Positions 1-13,799 of a DNA stretch of 64,000 nt are shown here, piece by piece. Position 1 is the stretch's first letter; each line of letters starts with the position of its first letter. Under the pieces are notes generated by a model that saw only the letters and a program-made list of their open reading frames with translations, was not told the origin of the DNA and ran no database searches. The stretch spans positions 329,158,001-329,222,000 of the forward strand of contig OZ024742.1 in the NCBI GenBank assembly GCA_964016885.1. Reading direction: 5' to 3'. This DNA comes from Eledone cirrhosa. Its lineage: Eukaryota. A program made the translations under genes and the position numbers.

Positions 1-2082
1 TTTCAATTCAATTAATTATAATAAATTTATAAATTTAGGAAATTATAAATTTCCGCTTGGTTGGTTGGTTCCACAACCAGATGATTGTTTATATATTGTC
101 AAAGTTCTTTCGTCACACATTCTGTGAACTCTTCAGTGACTGGGGATTCTTTTCTTTGTATTTGTGCCTCTCATTTGTTCTGTCCTACGCCATCTTTTTT
201 TTGTTTGTGCTGTGTGCTTAGTTTGCGCATGTGTTACATCCGGGTGTCTGTGTGTGTTTATATATGTTTATTTATTTGTTTGTTTACATGTTACTGGTTG
301 TTTGTTTATTCTATGTGCGTGTGTGTTTTCATTTTGTCCTTAATTGTAAGTTGTGATGTTCCTGTTCCATTCCTGTTTTCTATTTAATTTTTGGTTGGAG
401 TTCATTTATGTTTATTGCCTTTGTGATTTGTCTAAACATTGCGTCTTTCTGTGTGTAGATTCTATTTTCATTTCTATGTTCTCTAATTTACCCTTATGTT
501 CTAGTTTAGCATGTTGGTAGAGTACAGATGATTCTTTACTATCTTGAAGATTTCGCCTCATCCGTTCCCCTATATTACGAGCTGTCTCACCTATGTACAC
601 TATATTCTTATCTCTACATTGTCCTTCAGTACATCATATGCTATATACTACATTTCTAGTATTACAGTTAATATGGGGGCTTAATTTACAGATTATACAT
701 TTCTTATCTATACAGGGAGTCTTTGAAAAGGGTATGTATTGCTAATAGGTGTTTTTTATGGAGGTACCTGGTATTTCTACTATCTTAATATTGAGTTTAT
801 GTTTATCTAAAGCCCTCTTAAATTTGTAACCTAATTCACCTCTAGGTGTTGTATCGATAAACATTACACTCTGGTAGTTATTGCTATCATACTATGAGTT
901 TATTTTATTAACCTTATTCCTAGTTCTTTCTATTCTATTCCAAAATTTGCTCCTATACAAGGGGCAGGTCCCATTTGTGTCATTATTTACCAATTTTTCC
1001 CATTTGGTTCTGGCTCATCTATATACTCTGATTTTATCTCCCTGATTGTAATCAGAGAACTGCATACGGTCGATGAAGTGTTGTATGTGTCTCTCTAGTT
1101 CTTTGGGGTTGCACATGCGGGACACGTTTCTCATCACCCGTACCAAATCCGCAATCAGTATGTTGATTTTGGTATGGTCCGAAACAGCTGAGATTCGGTG
1201 GATCACATATTTGGAAGTCATGGGTTTGGCATAATGGGAATGGAGGATTTATTGTTTGTTATTAATGGTATCTAACTAGAGCTCTGTGTTTAGTACAGGT
1301 AATCGATGGTTGGGGTGTTTACTTGGGTAGTCTATAGTAACTCTAATACTCTGGTGGATGGAGTTAGCTATTTGCTGGATGCTTCCCATGGCGTTTTTCT
1401 CTAATTCCTGACTGTTCTCTAGTGGGGGTGTTTTACTACGATGTTTATATCATCAACGTAGCGGGAGTATATTATCAGGGTTACGGGGTTGCTGTCTTCT
1501 AATTGTTATTTAAGTTTAAGTTTAAGTCTATTGTGCCACCATACCATGAATAGGTTAGCTATGTCACCTGCAATGCTAACATCAATGGCTGCTCCCTCCT
1601 CTTGGGCATATGTTTTTCCATTAAATTTGAACATATGTTCCTTAAGGGTTAATTTTATGCTGGCCCCCACCGCATGAGCAATCATTTTCTTTAGTACATC
1701 GTGGTTTTCTAGGGTCCGAATGGCCATTGAGGTAATGGTAGGTGGTCTGCCTCTTGCTGGTCTTGTAGGGCACAGTTTGCTAAGGCCATATGTATCTAGA
1801 TAATCATTACTATAGGTAAGTTTAAGTAGGAGTCCCAGCTCACTGATATCAATCCCACGGAATTCAACATTGCTCTCACTGATCATTTCTACGCATTTCT
1901 CCACAGTAAAATCCACGGTAATAGATGGATACAGTGATATAACATCCATACTACCTATTATGCAGTTTGTTAGGTCCCTAGATCGGTTACTCTCGCCGAT
2001 TCTGCTGAGGAGGTCCACCGTTCTGTCACATATATCTGTGGACATTTCAATGATGGGGCGTATGATCAGGGAGAGGAAGTAG
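1..2082 (-). mobile_element. Penelope-like element (Neptune-like), 5'-truncated and degenerate; left arm of a large palindrome
   Basis: Minus-strand pieces GSMDVISLYPSI, KEHMFKFNGKTYAQEEGAAIDVSIAGDIANLFM, RYVDD (~1450), KPMTSKYVIHRISAVS and GIY-YIG YIGETARN; stops/frameshifts present; 3' UTR with HHR motif near 98-145. Confidence 0.9.
98..141 (-). ncRNA. Hammerhead ribozyme-like motif, family A (PLE 3' region)
   Basis: Minus strand gtca-CTGAAGA-gttcacagaatgtgtgac-GAAA-gaac-TT-tgac; stem I gtca/tgac; atypical CUU cleavage triplet. Confidence 0.6.
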
Positions 2083-2087
2083 GAAAG

Positions 2088-3757
2088 TTTGATCATACGC
2101 CCCACCATTGAAATGTCCCCAGATATATGTGACTGCACGAAGGACCTCCTCAGCAGAATCGGCGAGAGTAACCGATCTAGGGACCTAACACACTGGATAA
2201 TAGGTAGTATGGATGTTGTGTCCTTGTATCCATCTATTGACGTGGATTTTGCTGTGGAGAAATGCGTAGAAATGATGAGTGAGAGCAATGTTGAATTCCG
2301 TGGGATTGATACCAGTGAGCTGGGACTCCTACTTAAACTTACCTATAGTAATGATTATCTAGATACATATGGCCTTAGAAACCTGTGCCCTACAGGACCA
2401 GCAAGAGGCAGACCACCTACCATTACCTCAACGGCCAAGAAAACCCACACAGATAGATGGAATGGGTGGACCAGACCCATACGGACCTTACCAGCTGTTT
2501 CGGACCATACCAAAATCAACATACTGATTGCGGATTTGGTACGGGGGATGAGAAACGTGTCCCGCATGTGCAACCCCAAATAACTAGAGAGACACATACA
2601 ACACTTCATCCACCGTATGCAGTTCTCTGGTTACAATCAGAGAGATAAAATCAGAGTATATAGAGGAGCCAGAACCAAATGGGAAAAATTGGTAAATAAT
2701 GACACAAATGGGACCTGCCCCTTGTATAGGAGCAACTTTTGGAATAGAATAGAAAGAACTAGGAATAAGGTTAATAGAATAAACTCATGGTATGATAGCA
2801 ATAAATATCAGAGTGTAATGTTCATCGATACAACCCCTAGAGGTGAATTAGCTTAGAAATTTAGAAGGGCCCTAAATAAACATAAACTCAATATTAACAT
2901 AGTAGAAAAACCAGGTATCTCCATAAAAACACTTATTAGCAATACATACCCCTTTCAAAGACTTCCCTGTACAGATAAGAAATGTATAATCTGTAAATTA
3001 AGCCCCCATATTAACTGTAAAACTAGAAATGTAGTATATAGCATATGATGTACTGAAGGACAATGTAGAGATAAGAATATAGTGTACATAGGTGAGACAG
3101 CTCGTAATATAGGGGAACGGATAAATGAACACTGGCGAAATCTTCAAGATAGTAAAGAATCATCTGTACTCTACCAACATGCTAAAATAGAACATAAGGG
3201 TAAATTAGAGAACATAGAAGTAAAAATAGAATCTACACACAGAAAAGACGCAATGTTTAGACAAATCACAGAGGCAATAAACATAAATGAACTCCAACCA
3301 AAAATTAAATAGAAAACATGAATCGAACAACAACATCACAACTTACAATTAAGGACAAAATGAAATCACACACGCACATAGAACAAACAACCAACCTGTA
3401 ACATGTAAATAAACAAAGAAATAAACATATATAAACACACACAGACACCCGGATGTAACACATGCGCAAACTTAGCACGCAACACACACAAAAACAAGAT
3501 GGCGTAGGACAGAACAAAGGAGAGCTACAAAAACTAAGAAAGTAATCCCCAGTTACTGAAGAGGTCACAGAATGTGTGACGAAAGGACTTTGACAATATA
3601 TACATAATCATCTGGTTGTGGAACCAACCAACCGTAAATTTATAAATTTCTAAATTTATAAATTCCTAAATTTATAAATTTATTATAATAAATTGAAGTG
3701 AAAGCATCTTGTGCGCGTGTTTCTTATTGGCAACGTGACCCTCCCAAAGTATAACAA
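2088..3757 (+). mobile_element. Penelope-like element (same family), 5'-truncated, RT core deleted at ~2490; right arm of palindrome
   Basis: Reverse complement of 1-2080; GSMDVVSLYPSI, then RPIRTLP joined directly to AVSDHTKINIL; GIY-YIG YIGETARNIGERINEH at 3082-3312; 3' end abuts (TA)n. Confidence 0.9.
3552..3594 (+). ncRNA. Hammerhead ribozyme-like motif, family A
   Basis: gtta-CTGAAGA-g-gtcaca gaatg tgtgac-GAAA-ggac-TT-tgac. Confidence 0.55.
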
Positions 3758-3875
3758 TATATATATAAATAAATATATCCAGGGGGTGTAACTAGGAGTT
3801 ACTGCAGTTTCACCCGGACAGCACTCGATGTTTAGGTTCACTTCTGTGATGAGGTGTAGAGCTATACAGAGTGTA

Positions 3876-4207
3876 ATATATTGAAAGGATAATAAGGACG
3901 ATTGATTATTCCTTCATTGTATTTATTGATGGGTGACGCGCGTTTCGCCACTGATCAGCTCAAGGTTCGATGTATATCGATCCTACCCGACTCAATAATC
4001 GGCAGCACGACGGACCCTCTTAAAATGCTATAAGAGCATGCTATATCATTTTAAGAGGGTCTGTCGAGCTACCGATTATTGAGTCGGGTAGGATCGATAT
4101 AGATCGAACATTGAGCTGATCGGTGGCGAGGTGGCGAGACGCGCGTCACCTATCAATAAATGCAATGAAGGAATAATCAATCGTCTTTATTATCCTTTCA
4201 ATATATA
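3876..4207. repeat. ~155-bp-arm inverted repeat, probable inverted PLE pseudo-LTR pair with variant HHR motifs
   Basis: 3876-4032 is the near reverse complement of 4042-4207; minus arm reads ttgag-CTGATCA-gtggc-GAAAC-GCGC-GTC. Confidence 0.85.
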
Positions 4208-4229
4208 TATATATATATATACATGTACA

Positions 4230-4570
4230 AGCCATGTTTGATGGGCCAACAGCCGAGTACAATTCAGCCCTAAGCAACGGCGGCGTCTCTGAAATAAGCA
4301 CTTACCTTCGAGATCACCGACCAATACCCAGAAGGAAAAAAGAACTAGACATAAAGGCGTCATGTGATTCGAGCCAATATTCGCACTTAATAAGAAGACT
4401 AGTGTAGGTAGACAATTCCTAACCCTCCTATATCTTCACTAACCTGTAGGCCATAAACACGGACAGATATTTAATTGCCGCACAGTGAAAATAGGCTACT
4501 CTTGTACCCGCCCCGTGAATACCCACATCACCGCCAAAAGCGAAATCTTTCTACCTTACGGATATTAGTG
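4230..4570 (+). mobile_element. Degenerate PLE ORF fragment (RT-EN linker)
   Basis: Translates RQFLTLLYLH*PVGHKHGQIFNCRTVKIGYSCTRPVNTHITAK, homologous to the FPPSHIYSKIFNKHTITFSYS linker of the PLE at 53.1 kb. Confidence 0.65.
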
Positions 4571-4698
4571 TAGAAAGCCAGAGACATGCCCATTAGATAG
4601 ACAGTGCAACATTTGTTTTGTTTCCATTTGTTAAAAACTTAATTTAATAAGATTTCAGGCGCACCCGATCATTCTTTGAAGTTGATACACATATACAC

Positions 4699-4785
<87 letters not shown>

Positions 4786-4794
4786 CGCACACAC

Positions 4795-4840
<46 letters not shown>

Positions 4841-5255
4841 CATATATAATCACACACACTGAATATCGTGCGTTTCGCACACGATTGGTTCAAGTAAACT
4901 ATTGAATCTATGAATCCGACACGAGCCTCGATCTGCTCGTGAGTCTGGTGATTCAACAAAAAAAGAAAAATTGTTTGTGGTAACCGGGAACATGTTGGGT
5001 ATATACAAAAATTGGACCTACTTTTTGCCTGGATATGTCCCTATGTAAGTTCTTGAGTGCGTAGGTATGGGTGTATGAGGCCCATAAGGGTTGATGGTCA
5101 GCCAAGCGTACACTATCTAGCATTGCAAAACAGACAGCACTATATACAAAAGAGGACATGCAACAATGAACTCCCTCGAAGGGATGCTGTAAAACTTATG
5201 AGTTTCTGGCTTTGATGTCAGGTTACAATTCAACACACACACACACACACACACA

Positions 5256-5292
<37 letters not shown>

Positions 5293-5324
5293 GCACATAC
5301 ACACACATACACACACACAAACAC

Positions 5325-5364
<40 letters not shown>

Positions 5365-5460
5365 ACACACCCATATTGAATATTCATACTTCTCAGAGTT
5401 TGGAGGATCAGTTTCCCTGATAAGTTTCACATTCACATACATACATATATATATACATTC

Positions 5461-5495
<35 letters not shown>

Positions 5496-5610
5496 CATAA
5501 TAATAACATTTGTACTGCCTCTTCGCTTCCACGTTTATATGTTTGTTTGTTATATGTTCTGTTTACTTTTTAAACAATATATATATATACATATATATAT
5601 ATACATACAT

Positions 5611-6229
5611 ATTGTTATACTTTGGTAGGGTCATGTTGCCAATAAGAAACACACGCACCAGAGCTTTCACTTCAATTTATTATAATAAATTTATAAATTT
5701 AGGAATTTATAAATTCCCGGTTGGTTGGTTGGTTCCACAACCAGATGGTTGTTTATATGTTGTCAAAGTTCTTTCGTCACACATTCTGTGACCTCTTCAG
5801 TGACTGGGATTATTTTCTTTGTTTTTGTGCCTCTCCTTTGTTCTGTCCTACGCCATCTTGTTTTTGTGTGTGTGTTGTGTGCTTAGTTTGCGCATGTGTT
5901 ACATCCGGGTGTCTGTGTGTGTTTATATTCATTTTTTTATTTGTTTATTTACATGTTACTGGTTGTTTGTTTGTTCTATGTGCGTGTGTGTTTTCATTTT
6001 GTCCTTAATTGTAAGTTGTGATGTTGTTGTTCCACTCATGTTTTCTATTTAATTTTGTTTGTAATTCATTTATGTTTATTGCCTCTGTGATTTGTCTAAA
6101 CATTGCGTCTTTTCTGTGTGTAGATTCTATTTTTACTTCTATGTTCTCTAATTTACCCTTATGTTCTTTTTTAGCATGTTGGTAGAGTACAGATGATTCT
6201 TTACTATCTTGAAGGTCTCGCCTGTGTTT
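5611..6229 (-). mobile_element. 3' fragment of the Neptune-like PLE (EN C-terminus, 3' UTR, family A HHR at ~5762-5805)
   Basis: Highly similar to 1-560; encodes LQDSKESSVLYQHAK...RQITEAININELQTKLNRKHEWN. Confidence 0.9.
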
Positions 6230-6458
6230 CCACAGTTGAAAATTGCAAACTTGACTGTCACCACACATTATGAACGTGAAGATTGCGAAAGCATGAATAC
6301 TTGTTCAATTAACACTTAACATTTAATATTCTATCATACTATTTCATTATAATACCATTATAAATTTTAAAGGATTGTAAATAAAACGAGTAAATCAGAG
6401 AAAGTTGGAATTCCTCTTATTAATATAATCTTCTATACACAATCATACAGACCCGTGT

Positions 6459-6651
<193 letters not shown>

Positions 6652-6675
6652 TCATATATGTATGTAAATATATAC

Positions 6676-6720
<45 letters not shown>

Positions 6721-7082
6721 AATCCGGAATATACCACGTCAGTGTAGATACATATACTCGTATGTGAAAAAAAATCTATATAAATGGACGCAGAACAATC
6801 ATATCAATAACAAACTAGGGTTACAATTATTTTCCACAAATATACACAAAGAATATACAATCAGAACTAACATTATATGACTAAGCGTTAATAAGGTCTT
6901 TCATATCTGAAGAAATATGTTCGTGGGTGCACATCTGGCAGCATATATCATTAGGGAAATATCTCATATTGATTCTATTTGTGATTTCGCTATTGTTTTT
7001 CTGTCTTTAGGCCTCTAACATTCCACCGAACCAAATTAATGGACCTTAAAATTGACCCTTTACGCACATATTCATATAATTG

Positions 7083-7133
<51 letters not shown>

Positions 7134-7135
<2 letters not shown>

Positions 7136-7273
7136 TGTCAGCCGATCGAAAAGATCCCAGATATTATTCGCATAACGAGTGGGGTGGTGCTCGTTAAATC
7201 GGACCGTGGAACGATGTTTCCCTTGGACTTTCCAATTGCTAATACTATCTACTGGTCGCAAATCCAGACAGAA

Positions 7274-7278
<5 letters not shown>
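7134..7278 (-). repeat. Fragment of the 3' segment attached to family 2 SINEs
   Basis: Reverse complement of 35145-35250 and 59275-59372 (ttgcgacc...attagcaattggaaag...cggtccgattt); flanked by (TA)n. Confidence 0.65.
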
Positions 7279-7343
<65 letters not shown>

Positions 7344-7346
7344 AAA

Positions 7347-7507
7347 GTTATATTTAAATTGTTGGGTTACAACTAGTAAATATTAATAACTGATATAAAA
7401 GCACTCGACAAGTATTTGGAGTATATTTACGATATTAAATAAATATTAAATAATATATAATGAAATAAATATGGTTTTATAAATATAGTTTCCATTTATT
7501 TAATATC

Positions 7508-7510
<3 letters not shown>
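7347..7510. mobile_element. Collapsed copy of family E non-autonomous PLE-like element (inverted tail joined to pLTR end)
   Basis: 7347-7443 matches 46504-46600; 7455-7510 matches 47247-47297. Confidence 0.7.
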
Positions 7511-7565
<55 letters not shown>

Positions 7566-8739
7566 ATAAATATATATTGGGTCGTCAAGTATGAAATATA
7601 TATATATACATATATGAGAATGTAAATTATAGTTTGTTTTTGTAGATAAAATCAATTTTCTTTGAGGTGAATGCGCCAAAAAAATAAATATGCAGGACTG
7701 CTTACCAAATATTTTTTTTGTCGACGTGTTCCCTATAGTTCGTATCCAGTTAAAAACGTTATGGTACAATTTCGAAGGAGAAAATCAAGCAGTATTCATA
7801 AATATAAAGATGGTTCCAGGAAAAAAAGGAAAGCCTAAGTGGGAAGAAGTGCACAGAAAGAGAAATTTATTGGGTTCAATATTCAACATATGTTTCTGTA
7901 CAATTATGTAACGTATATACACATGTATGTACACTTACAAGACATGTAGACACATACAACTCAGTGTAATATAATTTAATCTCTGACCGAGTTTATCTCG
8001 CAAATAAGAAGGACCAAGGCCGTCCCTAGAACATTGGATTTGCTGTACTTCATATTTCTTTCGATTGCTGAAAACAATCAGGCGTCGCTCCTTCACCTGA
8101 AAGTCAAAAGTTCTCTTCTAACTCGAGCGGACGCGCCTTTCCATTGTCAATTTACATTGATCGTCTGCAAAGCCGCATTGTTCAGAACAACTACACCAGT
8201 CTTTTGATCCGTGCAGCTGGAACACGGATTACATGAAAGTCACGATGCATTACTACATTACAGGTAGGTATTTCGATGTATGTATGTCATAACTAATCTT
8301 AATTATTTACTTGATAATAACTATAATCCCTGGGGCGAGTGTGAGATATAATGTAGGGTTAATGAATGAATTGCTGCCCTTTAGTTAATAACTGTTCTTC
8401 GATCCCATATTAATAAAGTTACTTGAATGTGTATTACTATTTGTAAATCTAATGCGTATTTAATGAGCGTAGGGGGTGATTATAATATAGATAGCTGTGA
8501 ATATATGTAAGAATGGTTTATTAATTCTAATATAGATTGAGTAATAATTCATCTTTCAGCAAGTACGATTAGTTCTCGATTAATTATGTAGATAAACTTA
8601 TTACTATTACTTCAGTCGCCTATTATGAAATTTTAGTAATAGAGTATTGTTATTAACATTGTATGATTCGATAGAATCCACCTTAGAAATGGGGAGGGGC
8701 TTAATCGGTTATCATGATATAATATTTGGGTCGTCTGCA

Positions 8740-8940
8740 TGGATGGAATGAAAATCCGTGCTGCGAAAACTGAGACGCTCTTTCTCGGAAGGGAGCCTGC
8801 GCAGTGAACCTTTCATGTAAAGGAAGTTCCGAAGCAGGTAGAGAAGTTCAAATATCTCGGGGTCGTTTCCACGCGTGCTGGAAGGTAGGAGGGTGATTTA
8901 AGAATCGCTGGAGTTGGTGCAGATTCAGTTGCACCAGTTT
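8740..8940 (+). mobile_element. Decayed RTE-clade LINE RT fragment
   Basis: Translates GMKIRAAKTETLFLGREPAQ*TFHVKEVP/KQVEKFKYLGVV, the typical post-YADD region with FKYLG. Confidence 0.7.
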
Positions 8941-9920
8941 CTGCATTCAGTAATCGGAAGAATAATCGACACGATCTCATAACCCAAAATATATAACTTT
9001 CTTGTTCTCCAAACTTGAATGTGTTGGGCTACTACGCAAGAAGCTTATTGGAGAGAGAAGTCAATTAATGACCCATAGCACAATAAAACTCTGATATGCA
9101 GCATAACTAGGACAATGCCCAAAAGAGATAAAGATCACCTGATTTGAGAATGTTGAAGTATTCATTGAGGCTCAACATTATTTTCACTAATTTCATCTCG
9201 AATAAATCTTTTTCCTAACTTACGAGTATTTCACTAAATCTATACAAATGTTATTGAAGAACTGTGCAAATACTAACTTAATAGTACCACTTATCGAAGT
9301 CCTTCAGATTACGATTCACACAATCGGGTAATTATTTCTGGAGACATATCCATCGGTAGGGACTTATCCAAAGACTTATCCATAGCACAGGAGAAAAGAT
9401 TTCGGTGGATCTTAAATTTGACGATAACACATTTGTGCAATTTTCATAGAATTATTTCCGTCATACAAATGCTGTAGCGCTCACAATGGCATTGAAAAGT
9501 CAAGTCCTCTTATGCTGATTATCCTTTTTGTAATTGATCCCTGAGGTGCGTCAATTTACATAGTAATTTTTGTTGTTTGAACAAACTACAGTCGGCATAG
9601 TGAAAAAAGAGGTTAATAATGTGAAAATCTCTAGACTGGAAAGTTCTAATAATCCAGAAATTCATGCTGTAGGCAAAGTGGATTTTGGTGGTTAACTGGA
9701 TACCCAAGTTTACGTTTTTTTCTCTAGTTACTCAAATAACACCTGTGTTGTTGGATGCCAAGAGGATTTCATTTGAGGGAAGAAAACATAAATGCATCAA
9801 CTATTCCAAAATGAATTAACTCAAATTTATCAGGGTTTAGTTGATTATTGCTGTGATAAAACATAAGCATTGCGTATATGGTACCAGACGGTGTATTCAT
9901 ATTAAGAATGAAGAGAGACG

Positions 9921-10868
9921 GTTTCACATATTCAACTTCAGTTTCTTCGTCTTCTTGCATTACATATGTTATTTACATCTCAAAGGCATTAAAATGTCAT
10001 TATTTAGTAGTTATATAATACATTGTTGTCAGACAGATGCTGAAAATGTAAACAATGTTTTGTTTTTGTTATGATATGCCCGTTGTTGAAGAAATGTTGT
10101 GATTTAAGGTTCCAGCAAGCATATACTATTTCGTCGCTGACGATGGTAAATAAGATGTTAATGAAATTAGGTCAATGTACTAAATGTGTCATATGCTGGT
10201 CATATTTTGGTCATTTCGTTCTTCTTTCTAAAGGGACTATACAGTTGATATATATGTTTTCCTTGTCAGTAAACGTTCATCAAATAAGTCTCAAAAGCTG
10301 ACGACGATTGCATTATTAAAATCAATATTATTATCACGTGATAATAGGGATGATAACCATTCAGAAGGTAGAAGGTGCGTGCTAGAGTTGAAGTTTGGAA
10401 GATTTGTTGTGCTCATGTGCCTGAGCTAAATCTTAATGTAGTGGGTTCATGTCATCATATCAGCTCATAAGTAGTCATAGAGCAGCAATATATAAACATA
10501 CAAGTGCTGCTTGTTTTATAGGCCCTTTTCGAGCAAGAATGGAATGATCCAAAATGAACAGACTGAGATTCTTTTAGTAAACATACCTGATTTCATCTCC
10601 TACCAAAACCATCACAGTAGCTCCCTATCGCCTACGTCTAACTTGTTTACATTAACGTTGATATAGCATATGCTTATGAATATCGAAATAACAATAGCCC
10701 TTTTAACGGCAAGCTTATACAAAATAAAATAAAACATTGTTTACAATTCCAACAGCAGCTGGATGACAACAATGGATTAGATAAATAATACATAACCACA
10801 TTTTAAAGCATTTGAAATGTACACAACACGTGTAATGTAAGGATAATAAACTGAAGTTGAATATGTAA
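9921..10868. repeat. Old diverged inverted repeat (~210-bp arms, ~530-bp spacer); fold-back element remnant
   Basis: 9921-10130 (atattcaacttcagttt...tgtaaacaatgttttg...aagcatatactat) is the reverse complement of ~10660-10868 with many mismatches. Confidence 0.7.
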
Positions 10869-10884
10869 TAAACAATTCCCATTT

Positions 10885-10926
<42 letters not shown>

Positions 10927-11743
10927 TCATACATACCGACAAATATATATATCTATTATAAGGTTTTTTGTGATATTTTTTCTTGCTGTAACTATGGTTA
11001 GATAACTACCACTCTGAAGCCCACCATAATTGGAAATTTCCAGATATTAATATCATAGACACAAACATACACACACATATATATACACACACATACAAAA
11101 CACATGCACACACACACACACACATACTTATATACACACGTATGTTAAGGGATTCTGCAGATTACCTGAAAGAAATTCCAATGAAAGGGGATTGGTTAAT
11201 TTGAAGCTGTAGCAGAAGACCCATGTCAAAGATACCACAATAGGTTGCTGCCTAGTTTACTTGAATGGCAGCGTTGTTCCTTGTCACACACAGATACACA
11301 TGCATTCTCTAAAATCCAATTCTGTTTAACTTATCATTTCTCCACTCTTTCTCACACTTAAACAACACAAATATAATCTCAGTACTACGTTCCATGTTCT
11401 AATTATTTTTCTGTATATATCTGATAACATTATCACATTATTCAATGAGATTGAGAAATATGTTGTATATAATAATCTTGAATACTGGGAAAAAGGTGTA
11501 AATCGCACAATTAGATAGATCTACTCTAGTATACACAAGTAATATCTGGCTAATTCATATCTATGTAAATATGTGCTCATATATATATATATATATATAT
11601 ATATCCGTGTGTATCTATCTATCTATATAGATAGATACACACACACGCACTCACACACACACGCACTCACACACATACATACACACGCGCGCGCACCCAC
11701 ACACCCACACGCACACACACACACGCGCGCACACACACATACG

Positions 11744-11794
<51 letters not shown>

Positions 11795-13799
11795 GTATGT
11801 GTTAAGTCGCTTTCAAGAGATACTGAGACATGTAACTTAATGCATCCTGTCAGAAGGTGGAATCCTCAGCAACTTAATTAAGACCCCACTAACGTTGCTT
11901 GATATGTGTTTGAGAGGATTTTTAGAGACTCTACAGTATGAAAAACTGAAATCGTCAAAGGAAGGTTGAACTCAGAGGTTTCAATGGCCGTTCAGTTTTA
12001 GACAAGACTTATTAACTTCGCAATGTTGAAGAAAATATCATTCCAATCTCAAAACCGTAGTAATTGGGACTCCATAATCACACGGATGATAACCTCTCAA
12101 GTTGTTTTCGGCATTATTCTTGAGCAGAAATTGGATGAGCTGCCTCTCGGTATTCAGCTTCTGAGTGATGATCAAACGAATTTTTGGACCCACTGACGCT
12201 CTTTTTTTCTCAGTGAGACATAGAGCATTCTATAGATGAGCATTGGTCGTATTCTATTATCCACTAGCCCTGACACTCAGCAAAGAGGACCGAAAGAGAC
12301 CACAATAAAACATATATCGGAAATAGCCTTTTTTCATAAACGATTTATTTTTAAAGTCATGACTAAAATTTCAACTTTCGCCTTTTTCTCTATTATACTT
12401 CAACCTTTCTCTATTATATTTTTCTGATATGTTCTTAAATAGAAAGTAGGAATGTTAGAAATAGTGATTAAATTATGGATCTGAGAACATTGTTGCTTCA
12501 AGCAAGCCGCAAAACCCTTAAGCAAATCCGAGAAATGTCTTATGGTAACATTTCAAACCTGAACAAAGTCTTGTCGTCAACAACACACACGACAAGCATT
12601 TTTATACCTATCTATGTATAAATATGTATATATTTATATATATGTATATATTCATATAACTATACTCACATATCTTTCTTTAATTATATAACTTTTCATC
12701 TCTAAATTTTATTCATATATTTCAGTAAACGTCATCTCACGTTAACGTCTTTCTTCGGAAATTCTTATGCAAGAAGCAACATATGTTATTAATATAAATG
12801 TCAGTATTTAAAATTGAAAAAACACCAGAGGTAGGGATTTAAAGTGAATGTTTTCCCTTAATTTAATTCATAACATTTAACAACTTTGTTTGTATATATC
12901 ATTTGCTTTTGAGTTGTATTACTTGTTTTAGAATTATATTGCGTTTTCTAATACAGGAGAGCAAGGAAATTATACGTTGCATAAATATGATTGCATATTT
13001 CTATAGAGATGTGTAAATATATACACTTGGTCAAGAATTCACCAATCATTTAAAATACTATTTCATAATAATTTTTATTTACAGCAGTGGGATGAAAGAC
13101 CCGAAGTGGACTTTAATTCAGAAAGAAAATTTAGATCAGATAAATCTTTATCTGATCTAAAATACAACCATCTTAGTGAGTTACCGATTTGGTCGTATTC
13201 AGATAATTGATAACATTGAGAAATAGTGAAGTAATTCGATAAGAGTATATATCCAGTATATTTGATATGCTCCGAGGGATGGGATAATGATTAATAAGGT
13301 TTTTTGTCAGTATCTATTTAGTCAGTATCAATTATGCACAGCCACGGTATTAGAATTTTCAGAATGGATAGAAGAAAATCTAATGCCGAATATGAGTACA
13401 AAGAACTAAACGAGTTATGCGGGTTGTGGAAATCTTATTGATCATTTGTGTTACTGAGAGCTTATTCCAGGTATGAGCTGAAGGCTGTTATGGGACGTTG
13501 TGAAACAGGGTCGGTAGTTTCTGCAATAAATTAATTAGAGATGCTCGGAATAAGGCTCAACATATTGGGATAGTAAACACTAAGATGCCATTCGTCACTG
13601 GATAGATTGTATTAACGTTGATTTTTGGCAATAGGAAGTTGTATAGACGCCTGCCCTAGGAGGAAACCGGTATGAGATTTTGCGTCGGTTTTTTAAAAGA
13701 AAAATATAAGAGGTTGTGCGATTACAAAATATCTCAGTTTTGTTACAGAGAAGAGGAATACGTCTTCCCGGATAGTTGGATAACATCCATGAACTCGGC

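Noticed and set aside
4855-4960. GAAACGCACG and hairpins on the minus strand suggesting an HHR
   Set aside because: No CUGANGA box found upstream.
4953-5159. LADHQPLWA resembling the APE SDH motif
   Set aside because: Single short motif with no other endonuclease motifs nearby.
13130-13161. Perfect 15-bp-arm hairpin tttagatcagataaa/tttatctgatctaaa
   Set aside because: Isolated, AT-rich and short; no evidence of function.
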